Below, piece after piece: positions 1 to 51,239 of a DNA stretch of 64,000 nucleotides. This stretch comes from Octopus sinensis (taxonomy: Eukaryota). The DNA lies in contig NC_043022.1 in NCBI RefSeq assembly GCF_006345805.1, positions 14,260,001 to 14,324,000 of the forward strand. The letters are read 5' to 3'. Made by a program: the position numbers and the translations under genes. The notes under the pieces were generated by a model, which had not been told where the DNA came from, searched no databases, and worked only from the letters and a program-made list of their open reading frames with translations. Position 1 is the stretch's first letter. Each line of letters opens with the position of its first letter.

Positions 1-560
1 ACAATGATTTGGTTGGCCCGAAGCTATAGTAGAAGACACTTGCCCAAGGTGCCACGTAGTGGGACTGAACCCTGAACCACGTGGTCGGTAAGCAAGCTCC
101 TTACCACACAGCCACTCCTGCAACTATTGTCTATTTTTTTTCTTTTTCCATAATATTAATCATTTTCAATTGATTTCATGTTTCGTGACACATTTTAAGC
201 CACTCAGATTGATCCAGAATATAACTTTCCCAAAATATTTAGTCTTAGTGATTCTTTCAGCTGATCCTTATAACTTAGCAGGCAGTCTACCACACAATCC
301 CTTTGCTTCAGGGCCACTTAATGTATTGGGATAGTTTTCATACAATAATATTGTCCAAGCTTTAAAAACCAAAAACACAGAACTTTTTGTTTTATCAACC
401 TTCGCCACATCCTTCTCCATAATCACAAGAAGTTGAAGTAGCATGGATTATAAAACCTGGAGTAGTCATTCGCTGAAAATATCAAGTGATCCTGTTTGTC
501 GCTTCTTTATATATTATTCCAGTTTATAAAACAGCTGAATGGAAGAACGCAGAGAAATTA
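1..560 (+). repeat. Local direct duplication: 1-560 matches ~4250-4570 plus 5421-5655
   Basis: Near-identical non-repeat flank sequence; the second copy is split by the LINE insertion at 4571-5420. Confidence 0.92.
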
Positions 561-1413
561 AACGGAATTTGTCTCTCAGAACTTAATATTCATTTTTCAC
601 TGACGTTATTACTGTTATTTCTTTATTTTCTACAGACAAAATGTACAAATAAGTTACACGTTTGCCTCATGTTATATATACAATAATAATAAAAGACCTT
701 ACCAAAAACATTTTTACAAACCAAAGACGTTATATAGACCTCCTTAGAGAAGGGGTGCGTATTATACACAAGGTTTAGGTTTTTCAGAGGTAAAGCCCCA
801 TAAAGATCCCCTGCGTATTATACTCAAGGGCGGGCTATACTTGAGGATGTATGGCAATTAAAAAATAAGAGAGACATACATACATTCATACATACACACA
901 CACAAATACATCTGTCTATACATACACACATACATGCATGCATAGATACATACATATATAAATATGCGAGCCTACACACACACACACTGGAATGCACACA
1001 CATGCACACAACAAGGTCTCAGACAGACAATTGCAGCCTCTTTAGCAGACTAGGACACTGCAAAGTCCCAGGAAAGTTTGCAGATAGCAACAAAACAGCT
1101 TTGACAAAAACAACGAAACAATAAAAAAACAAATGATTTATTGTTTAACCCCTTAGAGAAGGATTTAGTGGTGACGGTTTGTGCTGTGTCCCCGGTATTA
1201 GGCCGTTCAGCAACTCTCTCTCTTTTACTCTTTTACTTGTTTCAGTCATTTGACTGCGGCCATGCTGGAGCACCGCCTTTAGTCGATCAAATCGACCCCG
1301 GGACTTATTCTTTGTAAGCCCAGTACTTATTCTATCGGTCCTTTTGCCAAACCGCTAGGTGACGGGGACGTAAACACACCAGCATCGGTTGTCAAGCAAT
1401 GCTAGGGGGACAA

Positions 1414-1452
<39 letters not shown>

Positions 1453-2089
1453 CATATATACGACAGGCGTCTTTCAGTTTCCGTCTACCAAATCCACTCA
1501 CAAGGCATTGGTCGGCCCGAGGCTATAGCAGAAGACACTTGCCCAAGATGCCACGCAGTGGGACTGAACCCGCAACCATGTGGTTGGTTAGCAAGCTACT
1601 TACCACACAGCCACTCCTGCGCCTATATAATTATACATACAAGGAACTTGACAGACTCTTCTTAGTGTGGCATATTTGAAAACATGGTGTCGTGCAGAGC
1701 GAGACATCACACTGCTCACACACCCAGTGTTTTGATGTGATCAGTACTGCTTTCTGTCTGCAAGAGCTTCAACCAAGTTAAACAAATAATTGTTTCGTTA
1801 GTTGGATATTTAACCAATTGACTAAAAATAGAGAAAGGCAATTGAATCAAGGAGTGTGTTAATAACACTGGCTTTAATGACTCACCCTATTCACCACAAA
1901 ATGTATGTATGTCATTATTCAGTTTTATTTCAGGATTTCCGGCCAATAGAGAAACAGCTGGTTTCTAACCGCGATCCAAGAGGGTCAAGAGGGTATCGTT
2001 GTAAGTATGTATGTATACTTTCCATAGAATAAACAAAAATATTACTTGCTTTTCATATAATGTGTGGTTAGTTGAACCTTGATTTTAGG

Positions 2090-2865
2090 TCAGTGACATG
2101 TGTTTGCATTGTATTGTATTGGCATCCTTTCTGTCTCGGGAGACAATGGAGTTGCGTATGAATTAATCTAGTCCGGCTTTTACATTTCATGTCCTGATAC
2201 ATTTCCTGCTGTGGCTGTGTAGTCCTATCCTGGACAAACACTCCCTCTGGCAGGTACCTCAAATGTAGCGAAGACTGTTCCTGGCTGGTTGTAATGCCAT
2301 AGTTTCTTGTTGACGTCTTTTCTTGTCTTTCCATTTCTCCTCTCTCTCTCTGTCACACCTTTGTATTCCCTCTTTTACGGTACGTCGCCATTATCCACGG
2401 TTGCCAGCAACTGCCTCCCAACCGCTAATATTGATGTTGCAGGCCTTCATGTCCCTTTTGCAAACATCCTTGTAGCGTAAGATCGGTCTACCCACAGACC
2501 TAGTACCCCTAGCAAGCTCTCCGTAGAGTATGTCCTTGGGGATTCTGCCATCTTTCATACGGCTAACATGCCCAAGCCATCTCATACGTCTTTGTATGAG
2601 GAGTGCAAACATGCTTGGTATTCCTGCTTGCCTGAGGACATCTTTGTTGGGGATATGATTCTGCCATTTGATGCGGAGGATTTTTCGGAGGCAGCGCAGG
2701 TGAAAGATGTTTAGGCGACGCTCTTGGCGTGTGTATAGCGTCCAGGTTTCACTTCCATACAGTAGAGTGCTGAGTAGACATGCCTGGTAGATCTTCATTT
2801 TCGTGGTCTTGGTCAGCTTATTGTTGTCCCAAGCCCGTTTAAGTGCCTACTTTAGCACTCCCTGC
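2090..2865 (-). mobile_element. 5'-truncated RTE (BovB-like) LINE, ORF2 C-terminus and 3' end
   Basis: LLYGSETWT...LRWLGHVSRM...PKDILYGEL motif; frameshifted C-terminal CQRECLSRIGLHSHSRKC; 3' end ATTGTCTCCCGAGACAGAAAGGATGCCAATAC. Shorter 3'-end copies at ~11370-11655 and ~50765-50815. Confidence 0.9.
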
Positions 2866-2869
2866 AAAT

Positions 2870-3130
2870 TAGAAGCAAAACAATTGAATAGTTCTCTCCA
2901 ATGTACATTTACTCGCTCTCCTATGCTTCTTGCTGTTTCCCCTACGTATGTCGTTGTCTTGTTCCTGCATCGTCCCTCTATACATCTTATACTAGAATTT
3001 AATCCCCTGTGTTCCTGTTCGGTGTGTTGGTACAGAATCGATGAGTTTTTACCTTCCTTGAGTTCTCTCCAATTTTCATTTACCCGCTCTCCTATGCTTC
3101 TTGCCGTTTCCCCTACATATGATAATCTCA
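2870..3130 (-). mobile_element. GIY-YIG endonuclease fragment (Penelope-like) with an internal ~171-bp tandem duplication
   Basis: YVGETARSIGERV occurs twice in ORF 2847-3152. Confidence 0.75.
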
Positions 3131-4570
3131 TCTCTCTGTTGGAATTTTGCAAGCATCCACAGCATGTTATGGCATAAATTAAATTCTAGGAATTGCAAGA
3201 GAAATTTTCTTTCATTTTGAAAAGTTGTGCATTCCATAATTTGGAATTGCAAGCCTTCAGTTGATACAGACAGGTGCTGCAGTTTGGTTTACCATATTTT
3301 GTAACCATGAGGTTGGATAATCGTTTGAAAACCTTTACCAAACTTAGTATATTCTTCCAAAGTCTGTGGTTGCCTTTAGCTTTTACTGATAAGTTGATTT
3401 TCTTGTATTTTATTCATTTTAGGGGGGAGGGGGGAATTATCAAACAGAATAGGTATGTTGCATTTTTGTATATATTTAGATATTTCCTCATCTCATGGCT
3501 TTCGTAATCATGGGCAATATTCGTGTATGCTCCAGCATGGCCACAGTCTAACGACTGCAACAAGTAAATGATCAAAAGAAACAATAATTGCATTTTGAGT
3601 GGATGTGTTTGGTGCGTGATTAATTAAATCTAAATCATCTCAATTAAATACTTGGATTGTATTTCAAGAAAGGTCTTAGTAAGATGTCCAGAAAATTGCT
3701 TGTCTTGTATGTTTCACATGCAACGGCCTGCAATAATCAAGCTCAGTTTCAAATCCTCTGCAGGCAGTCTTTCCATGGGCTCAGATTTACAGTTGTTTTT
3801 ACAAGCAGTACTTATGGCTTTTATTTTTGTGAATCTTGGATAGACCATAGAATTTGCTGGTTTTCTATCGGAAATTGCTTATATAGTCAAATAATTTGGG
3901 TGTCAAACACTTGGGGTATTTATTCAAGAAAGCTACAAGATTCATTTTGATTGGTAATATTTACTCTTTTACTTGTTTCAGTCATTTGACTGTGGTCATG
4001 CTGGAGCACCACCTTTAGTCGAGGAAATGGACCCCAGGAATTATTCTTTGTAAGCCTAGTACTTATTCTATCGGTCTCTTTTGCCAAACTGCTAATTTAC
4101 GGGGATGTAAACACACCAGCATCGGATGTCAAGCAATGTTGGGAGGACAAACACAGACACACAAACAACATACATATATATACATATATACGACGGGCTT
4201 CTTTCAGTTTCCGTCTACCAAATCCACTCACAAGGATTTGGTCAGCCCAAAGCTATAGTAGAAGACACTTGCCCAAAGTGCCACGTAGTGGGACTGAACC
4301 CTGAACCATGTGGTTGGTTAGCAAGCTACTTACCACACAGCCACTCCTGCAACTATTGTCTATTTTTTTTATTTTTCCATAATATTAATCATTTTCAAAT
4401 TGATTTCATGTTTCGTGACACATTTTAAGCCACTCAGATTGATCCAGAATATAACTTTCCCAAAATATTTAGTCTTAGTGATTCTTTCAGCTGATCCTTA
4501 TAACTTAGCAGGCAGTCTACCACACAATCCCTTTGCTTCAGGGCCACTTAATGTATTGGGATAGTTTTCA

Positions 4571-5420
4571 ACGAGATCTCTGGAGATATGCTGTGACTGC
4601 AAAGACCCGGGCTGCTTCCTGCATCAGTTCAGCATAGCCCCGGCCCATTCAAAGTACCCCGGATCCCAGAACGTCCCGCTGTGCTTGAGGAGACCTGTTG
4701 AGTCAAGTACATGAACATGAACATGAACGTCGAAATAAATATCAATGGAAATTGTAGTTGTGATGCCTGTGCCGGTGGCACATAAAAAGCACTATCCGAA
4801 CGTGGCCGATGCCAGCACCGCCCCGACTGGCTCCTGTGCCGGTGGCACATAAAAAGCACCATCCAAACGTGGCCGATGCCAGTGCCGCCCCGACTGGCTC
4901 CTGTGCCGGTGGCACATAAAAAGCACTATCCGAACGTGGCCGATGCCAGCACCGCCCCGACTGGCTCCTGTGCCGGTGGCACATAAAAAGCACTATCCGA
5001 ACGTGGCCGATGCCAGTGCCGCCCCGACTGGCTTCTGTGCCGGTGGCACATAAAAAGCACCATCCAAACGTGGCCGATGCCAGTGCCGCCCCGACTGGCT
5101 CCTGTGCCGGTGGCACATAAAAAGACCATCTGAACGTGGCCAGCGCCGCCTTGGCTGGCTTCCGTGCCACTGGCACGTTAAAAGCTCCAACCGATCGTGA
5201 CCGATGCCGGTCCCCCCCCTGGCACCTGTGCAGGTGGCACGTAAAAAGCACCCACTACACTCGCGGAGTGGTTGGCGTTAGGAAGAACATCCAGCCGTAG
5301 AAACTCTGCCAGATCAGACTGGAGCCTGGAGCAGCCCCTGGCTTCCCAGACCCCGGTCGAACCGTCCAACCCGTGCTAGCGCGGAAAACGGACGTTAAAC
5401 GATGATGATGATGATGATGA
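4571..5420 (+). mobile_element. 3' end of an abundant RTE-X-like LINE (3'UTR with 67-bp tandem units and a (GAT)n tail)
   Basis: Begins with the ORF end (RDLWRYAVTAKT), has ~6 copies of a 67-bp unit, the conserved AGGAAGGGCATCCAGC block and a GATGAT tail. Other copies: ~6530-6680(-), 13243-13660(-), 17560-17910(+), 45300-45680(+), 52400-52865(+), 53055-53540(-), 54100-54800(+). Confidence 0.85.
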
Positions 5421-5757
5421 ATATTGTCCAAGCTTTAAAAACCAAAAACACAGAACTTTTTGTTTTATCAACCTTCGCCACATCCTTCTCCATAATCACA
5501 AGAAGTTGAAGTAGCATGAATTATAAAACCTGAAGTAGTCATTGGCTGAAAATATCAAGTGATCCTGTTTGTCGCTTCTTTATATATTATTCCAGTTTAT
5601 AAAACAGCTGAACAGAAGAACGCAGAGAGATTAAACGGAATTTGTCTCTCAGAACATTTGATATAGAAATTCTTATCTGCTTTGCAAGAGATCTGACAAA
5701 AAGACAAGGGGAAAATCACCATTTCTGAAGACTGACCAGTTCCTTCCATCTCCTACC

Positions 5758-43989
<38,232 letters not shown>

Positions 43990-44375
43990 AAAAAAAAGAA
44001 GAAAAAAAGGAAAAAACCACCTCCTCAGCCTCTTGATAAAGCTGGTATTGAACAACTCTGCATGCAAAATTTCAACCTTTTATCTTTTTTACTTGTTTTA
44101 GCCATAATATTATGGCCATGCTGGGGCACCACTGTGAAGAATTTTACTCATACAAATGAACGCCCAGGACTTTTGATTTTCTTTTTTAATCCTGGTACCT
44201 ATTCTATCAGTCTCTTTTGTTGAACTGCTACATGATAGCAGATGTAAACACACCAGCACCGGTTGTCCGATGCTGGCAGGCAACAATCAGAACCACAATG
44301 ATACACATATATATGTATGTGTGTGTGTGTGCTTCTTTTTTCAAATTTATGGTTACGGATGAAGCATAAATATAC

Positions 44376-45250
44376 CATCATCATCATCATCATCATCATC
44401 TTCGTTTAACGTCTGCTTTCCATGCTGGCATAGGTTGGACGATTTGACTGAGGTCTGGCGAACCAGATGGCTGCACCAGACTCCAATCTGATCTGGCAGA
44501 GTTTCTACAGCTGGATGCCCTTCCTAGCACCAACCACTCCAAGAGTGTAGTGGGTGCTTGTACGTGCCACCAGCATGAGGGCCAGTCAGGTGGTACTGGC
44601 AGCGGCCACGCTCAAATGGTGCTATTTATGTGCCACCAGCGGCACTGGCAACGATCTCGCTCAAGTGTTTTTTCACATGCTACCAGCACAAGTGCCAGTA
44701 AGGTGACGCTCGAATGGTGCTTTTTACGTGCCATTGGCATGGAGGCCAGCTTGTTGCTCTGGCAACGGTCACGCTCATATGGTACTCTTAGCGCTCCACT
44801 AGCACGGATGCCAGTCATCAAATTTGATTTTGATTTTGATTCCACTTGCCTCAACAGGTCTTCGCAAGCAGAATTTAGTGTCCAATGAAGGAAAGGTACA
44901 CATAAATGGGCTGGTTACACCCCTGGCATAGGCCACAGGGTTATGGTCTCACTTGAGCTTGCCAAGTCTTCTCAGGCACAGCATATTTCCAAAGGTCCCG
45001 GTCACTAGTCGTTGCCTTGGTGAAGCCCAATGTTCTAAGGTCATGCTTCACCACCTCACCCCAGGTCTTCCTGGGTCTATCTCTTCCACAGGTTCCCTCA
45101 ACCGCTAGGATGTGGCACTTTTCCACACAGCTATCCTCATCCATTCTCACCACATGGCCATACCAGCGCAGTCGTCTCTCTTGCACACTACATCTGATGC
45201 TTCTTAGGTCCAACTTTTCTCTCAAGGTACTTACCCTCCGTCGAGTATGC
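44376..45250 (-). mobile_element. RTE-X-like LINE copy linking the ORF2 C-terminus to the 67-bp-array 3'UTR
   Basis: RRLRWYGHVVRMDEDSCVEKC...GRDRPRKTW...DRDLWKYAV runs directly into the repeat-array UTR and a (GAT)n tail. Confidence 0.88.
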
Positions 45251-45264
45251 ACACTGACATATAT

Positions 45265-45303
<39 letters not shown>

Positions 45304-45834
45304 CTTACTGGCACTCGTAGCCGTGCTCGTAGGGTGCCAAGAGCACCATCTGAGTGTGATCGTTGCCAGAGCAGCCAACTGGCTTCCGTGCCGGTGGCAT
45401 GTAAAAGGGCACCATTCGAGCATGATCGTTACCAACGTCGCCTTACTGGTACCTGTGCCGGTGGCATGCGTAAAAAAATTCGAGCGAGGTCATTGCCAGT
45501 ACCGCCTAACTGGCCCTCATGCTGGTGGCATGTAAAATGCACCCACTATACTCTCGGACTGGTTGGCATTAGGAAGGGCATCCAGCTGTAGAAACTCTGC
45601 CAAATCAAAATTGGAGCCTGGTGCAGCCATCTGCTCCGCCAGTCCTCAGTCAAACCGTCCAACCCGTGCTAGCATGGAAAACGGACGTTAAATGATGATG
45701 ATATATATATATATATATATATTTATATATTTATATATGCATGTATATATACATGTAGATGTAGGTACGTACATATATGTATGTATGTATGCATATATTT
45801 TATTTATTACACTATATATATATATATATATATA

Positions 45835-46420
45835 CTAGCAATGTATCCCAGTGTTGCCCAGGTGTTATGACCTACAGCCACATTGTTGCTGCCTTATGGG
45901 CATAATTGGCACAGCTGTCCCATCATTCTGAAGACTTTGGTGAAAAACATCGGAAAAATCCTCGTCAAAACTCGAATGTATGTGGGCCGTCTGATCCGAA
46001 ACTCCATTTTCTGGAAACTACTTCCCTGTCCCCTTCCAAACCTTTTGCCTTCAAATTTCTTTATAATCGTAATCTACACCATTTGAAAGGTATTTATATA
46101 AAATTTCCTTAGCAGTTGCCTATTTTCCAGAAAGTTATGAGGTGGGAAAATGTCGGGTTCTGTGAGTTTTTTGAAACTCCTTGGAAAATTTTTTCCAACA
46201 AATCTTTAATACACTTAATTGAAGAGAATAGAAACAAACGTTTCATTAAAAAGTATCCGCTTTTTCTGAAGCAACAAAGTCAGTGGGGTATTAAACTGTA
46301 CTTATGCCTTTTTTCACTTAATGTTACCGGACTAACGTTAACTTTTATCACATTTTCAAAAAATCTGCACAACAAATCTGAAAAGTATTTGTAGAAAATT
46401 CTATTAAAAAACATCCATTT
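45835..46420 (-). mobile_element. Helitron-like 3' end and body
   Basis: The reverse complement of 45835-45875 gives a degenerate hairpin followed by CTAG. Confidence 0.5.
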
Positions 46421-46808
46421 GGTGATCTTTCGTCTCTAGTAGACCTTTCCGTCGATTTCCGTAAAAAAATTATTTTTTTTACATATGGGCTTGCGGGAAC
46501 TTTTGAAGTAATGAGAGCGAAAGAGACACATTACTCTCTCTGTCTCTTCACACACACTAACAGAAGCACTTCACTTACACAACATACTGCCTGTCTCCCA
46601 CACCCCATCAAACACACACACACACACACATGTACATCAATGCTCCCATGCACGGTAACTTCAAAAGAACTTCCCTCGTCATACAATCGCTTTCTCTCAG
46701 TTCTCTTTCGCTCTCATTACTTCAAAAGTTCCCGCAAGCCCATATGTAAAAAAAAAAATTCTTTTTACGGAAATCGACGGAAAGGTCTACTAGAGACGAA
46801 AGATCGCC
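46421..46808. repeat. Foldback element with ~106-bp inverted arms
   Basis: 46421-46526 is the near-perfect reverse complement of 46702-46808. Confidence 0.85.
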
Positions 46809-48518
46809 ATCCATTTTTCTGAATGTTACGAGAGAACAAAGTCGGTGGAGGAGGTGGGTAACATGTAGTAGTTATATATTTTTCTTCTTTTTTTTATTAC
46901 CCACAAGGGGCTAAACATAGAGGGGACAAACAAAGGGATTAAGTCGATTACATCGACCTCAGTGCGTAACTGGTATTTAATTTATCGACCCCGACTTTGC
47001 CTTTCATCCTTTCGGGGTCGATTAAATAAGTACCAGTTACGCACTGGAGTCGATGTAATCGACTTAATACCCATGTCTGTCCTTGTTTGTCCCCTCTGTG
47101 TTTAGCCCCTTGTGGGTAATAAAGAAACAGGTATTTAATTTATCGACCCCGAAAGGATGACAGGCAAAGTCGACCTCGGCGGAATTTGAACTCAGAACGC
47201 AACGGCAGACGTAATACGGCTACGCATTTCGCCCGGCGTGCTAACGGTTCTGCCAGCTCGCCGCGTGCAGTGGCACCTTGGGCAAGTGTCTTTTGTTATG
47301 AGCCTCGGGCCAACCAAAGCCTTGTGAGTGGATTTGATTGACGGAAACCGAAAGAAGTCCGTCGTATGAAATATGTGCGTTTTTGTGTCTGTGATTGTAC
47401 TCCAACACTGCTTGGCAACCGGTGTTGGGTGTGTTTGACAAAAGACACCGACAGATTAAGTACCGAGGTTAATAAAAAAAAAACAAGAAGAAGAACTGAA
47501 CAAGTGAAGGATGTGAGATAATGTGTGTCTGTGTGTCCGGTGACATGTGGATGGATGGATGGACGGACAAATAGATAGATAACGAAAGAGAAAGAGACAA
47601 AGGAAGATGCGCTGGGACGAGAATTATATCGATTTCGTATGTGAATAAATAGAAAACCGGGTTATGTTTTATCTCCATTCCGTCTGATGACACACAAAAC
47701 TCGATTGCAACAGTTTCTTGTCAGCATTGCAACATCATCATCATCATCATCTTCGTCATGACAGATCATTCATGGATGTCGTATTATTTAGACGCTGTCA
47801 ACTTAATATAAACTATTTCAAAGAAGACATCAGTCACATTTATGTGTCATATTTATTATCGTTTACTCATCCCTATATTTATATATATTATAAGTTACAT
47901 TTGTTTCGTTAATTCTAATCTTCATTTACCCCCCGCTATCTCTGACCGTATCTTCCTTCTTTCTATCTATCTATGTTTTAGTCTATCTATCACTATTAAT
48001 ATATCTATTATCGTTGTCATAATCCCTCTTTAATCGCTTTCCCATCTCCATTCATTCATTCATTCATTCATCTAACCTATTCCTAATCTTGCATCATCGT
48101 ATGTTTTATCCGCTTCAAATTATTCGTCCGTCTCTCCGTCTATTTCGGTATATCACCGGCATGTTTCATATATTTCCCTCTCTATCTTTTACTTTATCCA
48201 TTTATTACTCCTTTCTTTTCATTCTGTCACTTCCTCTTCATTTCAACTCCACCCTTCTTCGTATACTTCCAGGTTCTTACTCATAATAATTTCCTCGTTA
48301 ATTTCTTCCCTTACGTCGTATAATTATCCAGTTGCGGTGCTTTGCCATTGTTCTGGTAGTTTTTCCTCTTTTTTTTGGTTTAATTATTTTTCTGTATTAT
48401 TTTACATTGAAAAAAAAGAAAAAGAAAGAAGAAAAACGCGTTAATCAGGGAGAACAGATAGAAAGAAAAGTCTGGAATAATGAATTTTTTCGTGTGTGCC
48501 TTTCTTTATTCCATTCAG

Positions 48519-48892
48519 TTATTTGAACCTTATCCTCTGGGCAGCATCTTGCGCTTTAACCGAGGGAGCTACGACCATTATGCAATTTATGCCGGTTTAG
48601 GCTCTGTAATTCATTACAGCGGAGAAGCGGACGTGAAGACACAATATGATGCAAAGGTCCGCCTCGAGAGTTTGAGTGCAGTGGCGGCGGGCAGCCCTGT
48701 GGCGGTGGCCAACATCCACGACGAAGAGACCCAACCTTTCGGCGGGTGTGACATCGTGAGAAGGGCTCAGTCGAGAATCGGCGAATACAAATACAGTTTA
48801 TGGAGCAACAATTGTGAACATTTCGTTAATTGGTGCCGATATGGCAAACATTTTAGTTCACAAGTGAACGACAAACTTAGATCGGCCACCAG
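48519..48892 (+). CDS. LRAT/HRASLS(PLAAT)-like permuted NlpC/P60 acyltransferase/phospholipase domain exon
   Basis: The translation has HYAIY, VIHY and the diagnostic NCEHFVNWCRYG motif. Acceptor ttattccattcAG and donor CAG|GTATGT. Other exons were not located. Confidence 0.9.
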
Positions 48893-49260
48893 GTATGTAC
48901 TGAGAACTGACTTGTAGTTATGAAGTTGAAAAAAAAAAGTTTTTTTTTTAAAGAACTAGCAAAACTCCACATCAATTTTGGAAGGTTTGCCTCTCACAGA
49001 ACCGAATACCAATCACCTCATCATACTTTCTCGAAGAGGCAAACTGAGAACCATCAATTTTACTTATACATACATACAAACAAACAAACACATACACACA
49101 TGTGTGCATGCATATATTCTCTCTTTATTATTTCTGTTTATTTCCTCGTGTTCCTTTCTGTTAAAGAGCGTAGGCTCGAAACGTAAAGACTTTCTCACTT
49201 TCCCGAGCGTCAATCTATTAGACACCTGCTGTCTTCGTCTTTTGTTTTTCTGTAACTTTC

Positions 49261-49320
<60 letters not shown>

Positions 49321-50518
49321 CATACACTCACATGCTCAACCCCACCGTCAAATTAACATAAACTACTTTTTATAAACTTTATACCACGTTGCTGCGTCTA
49401 CGTTATATATATGTTTGTATGTCTGTATGTATGTATAATGTATACACACATATTCAAACATTACACCCAGGTTGCCTGGTGTTTTATATATTTATATGTC
49501 TGTATGTATGTATGTATAATTCACTTGTGGGATTAAAAAACAATCTCTTCTAAATCCAAACGAACAATTCTGGAATGGAATTCCTTAAACAAACCCTTCT
49601 TAAAGGTCACCGATGTGCGACCACAGCACGGTTGGTGGTATTTTTTCTTCTTCTTTTCTCTCCTTAAATTTACCATTGCTGTTTCAGTGAGAGTTGATTG
49701 AATATTTGAACAATACGTCTTCAAATGAATTTAAGGAAGAAAAATATTTATCATCCATTATTCATCGTGTGAACAAGAATAACAAGAACGTTGTTGGTGT
49801 TTTTCTCACCGAAACCGCCCCAGTAATTCGATGTGTGTTTAATTAATGTCACTTGTATGTTGATTGCTGATTGCGATATTAATTGCCTGATACATTTGTA
49901 AGGAATATTAAAAATTGCTTTCATTAAAAAAAACAACAACTAAAACTGATAAAAAAAAAACATGAGGTATAGACTTTTAATCAAGGACCGCCGAAAATTC
50001 CTAAAAGTTGTTGAGGTTAGCAATTAATACATGTTCCCTTCCAAAATGCCTACGATCTCAGATAATAAAATTATAGGCGATCCTTCGGTATAGGTACACA
50101 TGTGATTGTTTACATTTCTGAAGGTAACAGAAACCCTTTTCCTCCCACCTAACCCTAACCCTAACACATACCCTGACCCTAATTCCCCCATATATAAAAA
50201 AACACTTTCTTGAAATGTATCCGGTACTTATACCGAAGTTACGCCAAACTATATTTTTTATGAATTAAAAAAAAATAATGATGATGATTTAAAAAAAAAA
50301 ATGTCGATAATTAAACGTGAAAAGAAGACTTGTGTTAATCTGTGATTTCTTTAAAACAATAGATGTTGATTATTATTGTTGTGCTGTGAGAATAATGAAT
50401 GTTGATTTTGTGCGTATGCGTGTGTGTAAAATACACGCATTGCCTGGTCACTTAAAGTCGCAAATCGCCGCGCCCATGTGAAAATGAGATGCGTGTATGC
50501 ACACATGTGTGTGTGTAT

Positions 50519-50745
50519 GGCGAGCTGGCAGAAGCGTTAGCACGCCGGGCGAAATACTGAGCGGTATTTCGTCTGCCGCTACGTTCTGAGTTCAAATTCC
50601 GCCGAGGTCGACTTTGCCTTTCATCCTTTCGGGGTCGATAAATTAAGTACTAGTTACATACTGGGGTCGATGCAATCAACTTAATACCTATGTCTGTCCT
50701 TGTTTGTCCTCTCTATGTTTAGCCCCTTGTGGGCAATAAAAAAAA
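50519..50745 (+). mobile_element. SINE family B (tRNA head plus a MetaSINE-like central domain)
   Basis: Head ..GAGTTCAAATTCC, central GCCTTTCATCCTTTCGGGGTCGATAAATTAAGTAC. Nested copies at ~46890-47265 and 52870-53050. The MetaSINE label comes from my recall of that domain's consensus. Confidence 0.75.
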
Positions 50746-50909
50746 AGAGGTATATATATATATTGTATTGTATTGTATTGGCATTCTTTCTGTCTCGGGA
50801 GACAATGGAGTTGCGCATTAAAAAAAAATTTTTTTTTATATATATAAAGAGAGAGAGTGGTTGTATACTATCAACTTAACGTGACGTCAGCTAGCAGGCT
50901 TCTGCTACT

Positions 50910-50954
50910 CTAGACCGATGATGGGCAAAGACCCTGAAACATGCGTGTCTCTAG
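50910..50954 (+). ncRNA. Hammerhead-like motif with one core substitution
   Basis: CTAGA-CCGATGA-TGGG..CCCT-GAAACATGCGTGTC-TCTAG; U4 is replaced by C. Confidence 0.6.
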
Positions 50955-51239
50955 ATGCAGGCCTAGCTGTTGGGGTGTTTGTCTCCCCTTCATAAATACA
51001 TAAGGACACAGGAAATGCGTCGATGCTTCCTAGGGCTAAACAGCGGTGTTGTAATCCCCTACTGTCACGTTGAATTGACAGTATACAACCATTCTATCGC
51101 CCCACCACCGTACATATCTCTATGAGATATTTAGAAATTTAATATTTCTGATATATATATATATATAAAACATAAGTAATATTAGGGTAATAAGAATTAT
51201 AGAAATTGTTATTACCAGTGGCCTAGCACAAAAAAAAAT

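Noticed and set aside
4629-5369. Repetitive ORFs (CHRHRSQSG / FYVPPAQ) as a repeat protein
   Set aside because: They are translations of the 67-bp LINE 3'UTR array, seen in many frames and on both strands across copies.
48480-48518. ATG at 48480 as the start of an intronless LRAT-like gene
   Set aside because: The first 13 codons coincide with a polypyrimidine tract and AG acceptor, and a strong GTATGT donor precedes the stop, so an internal exon is more likely.
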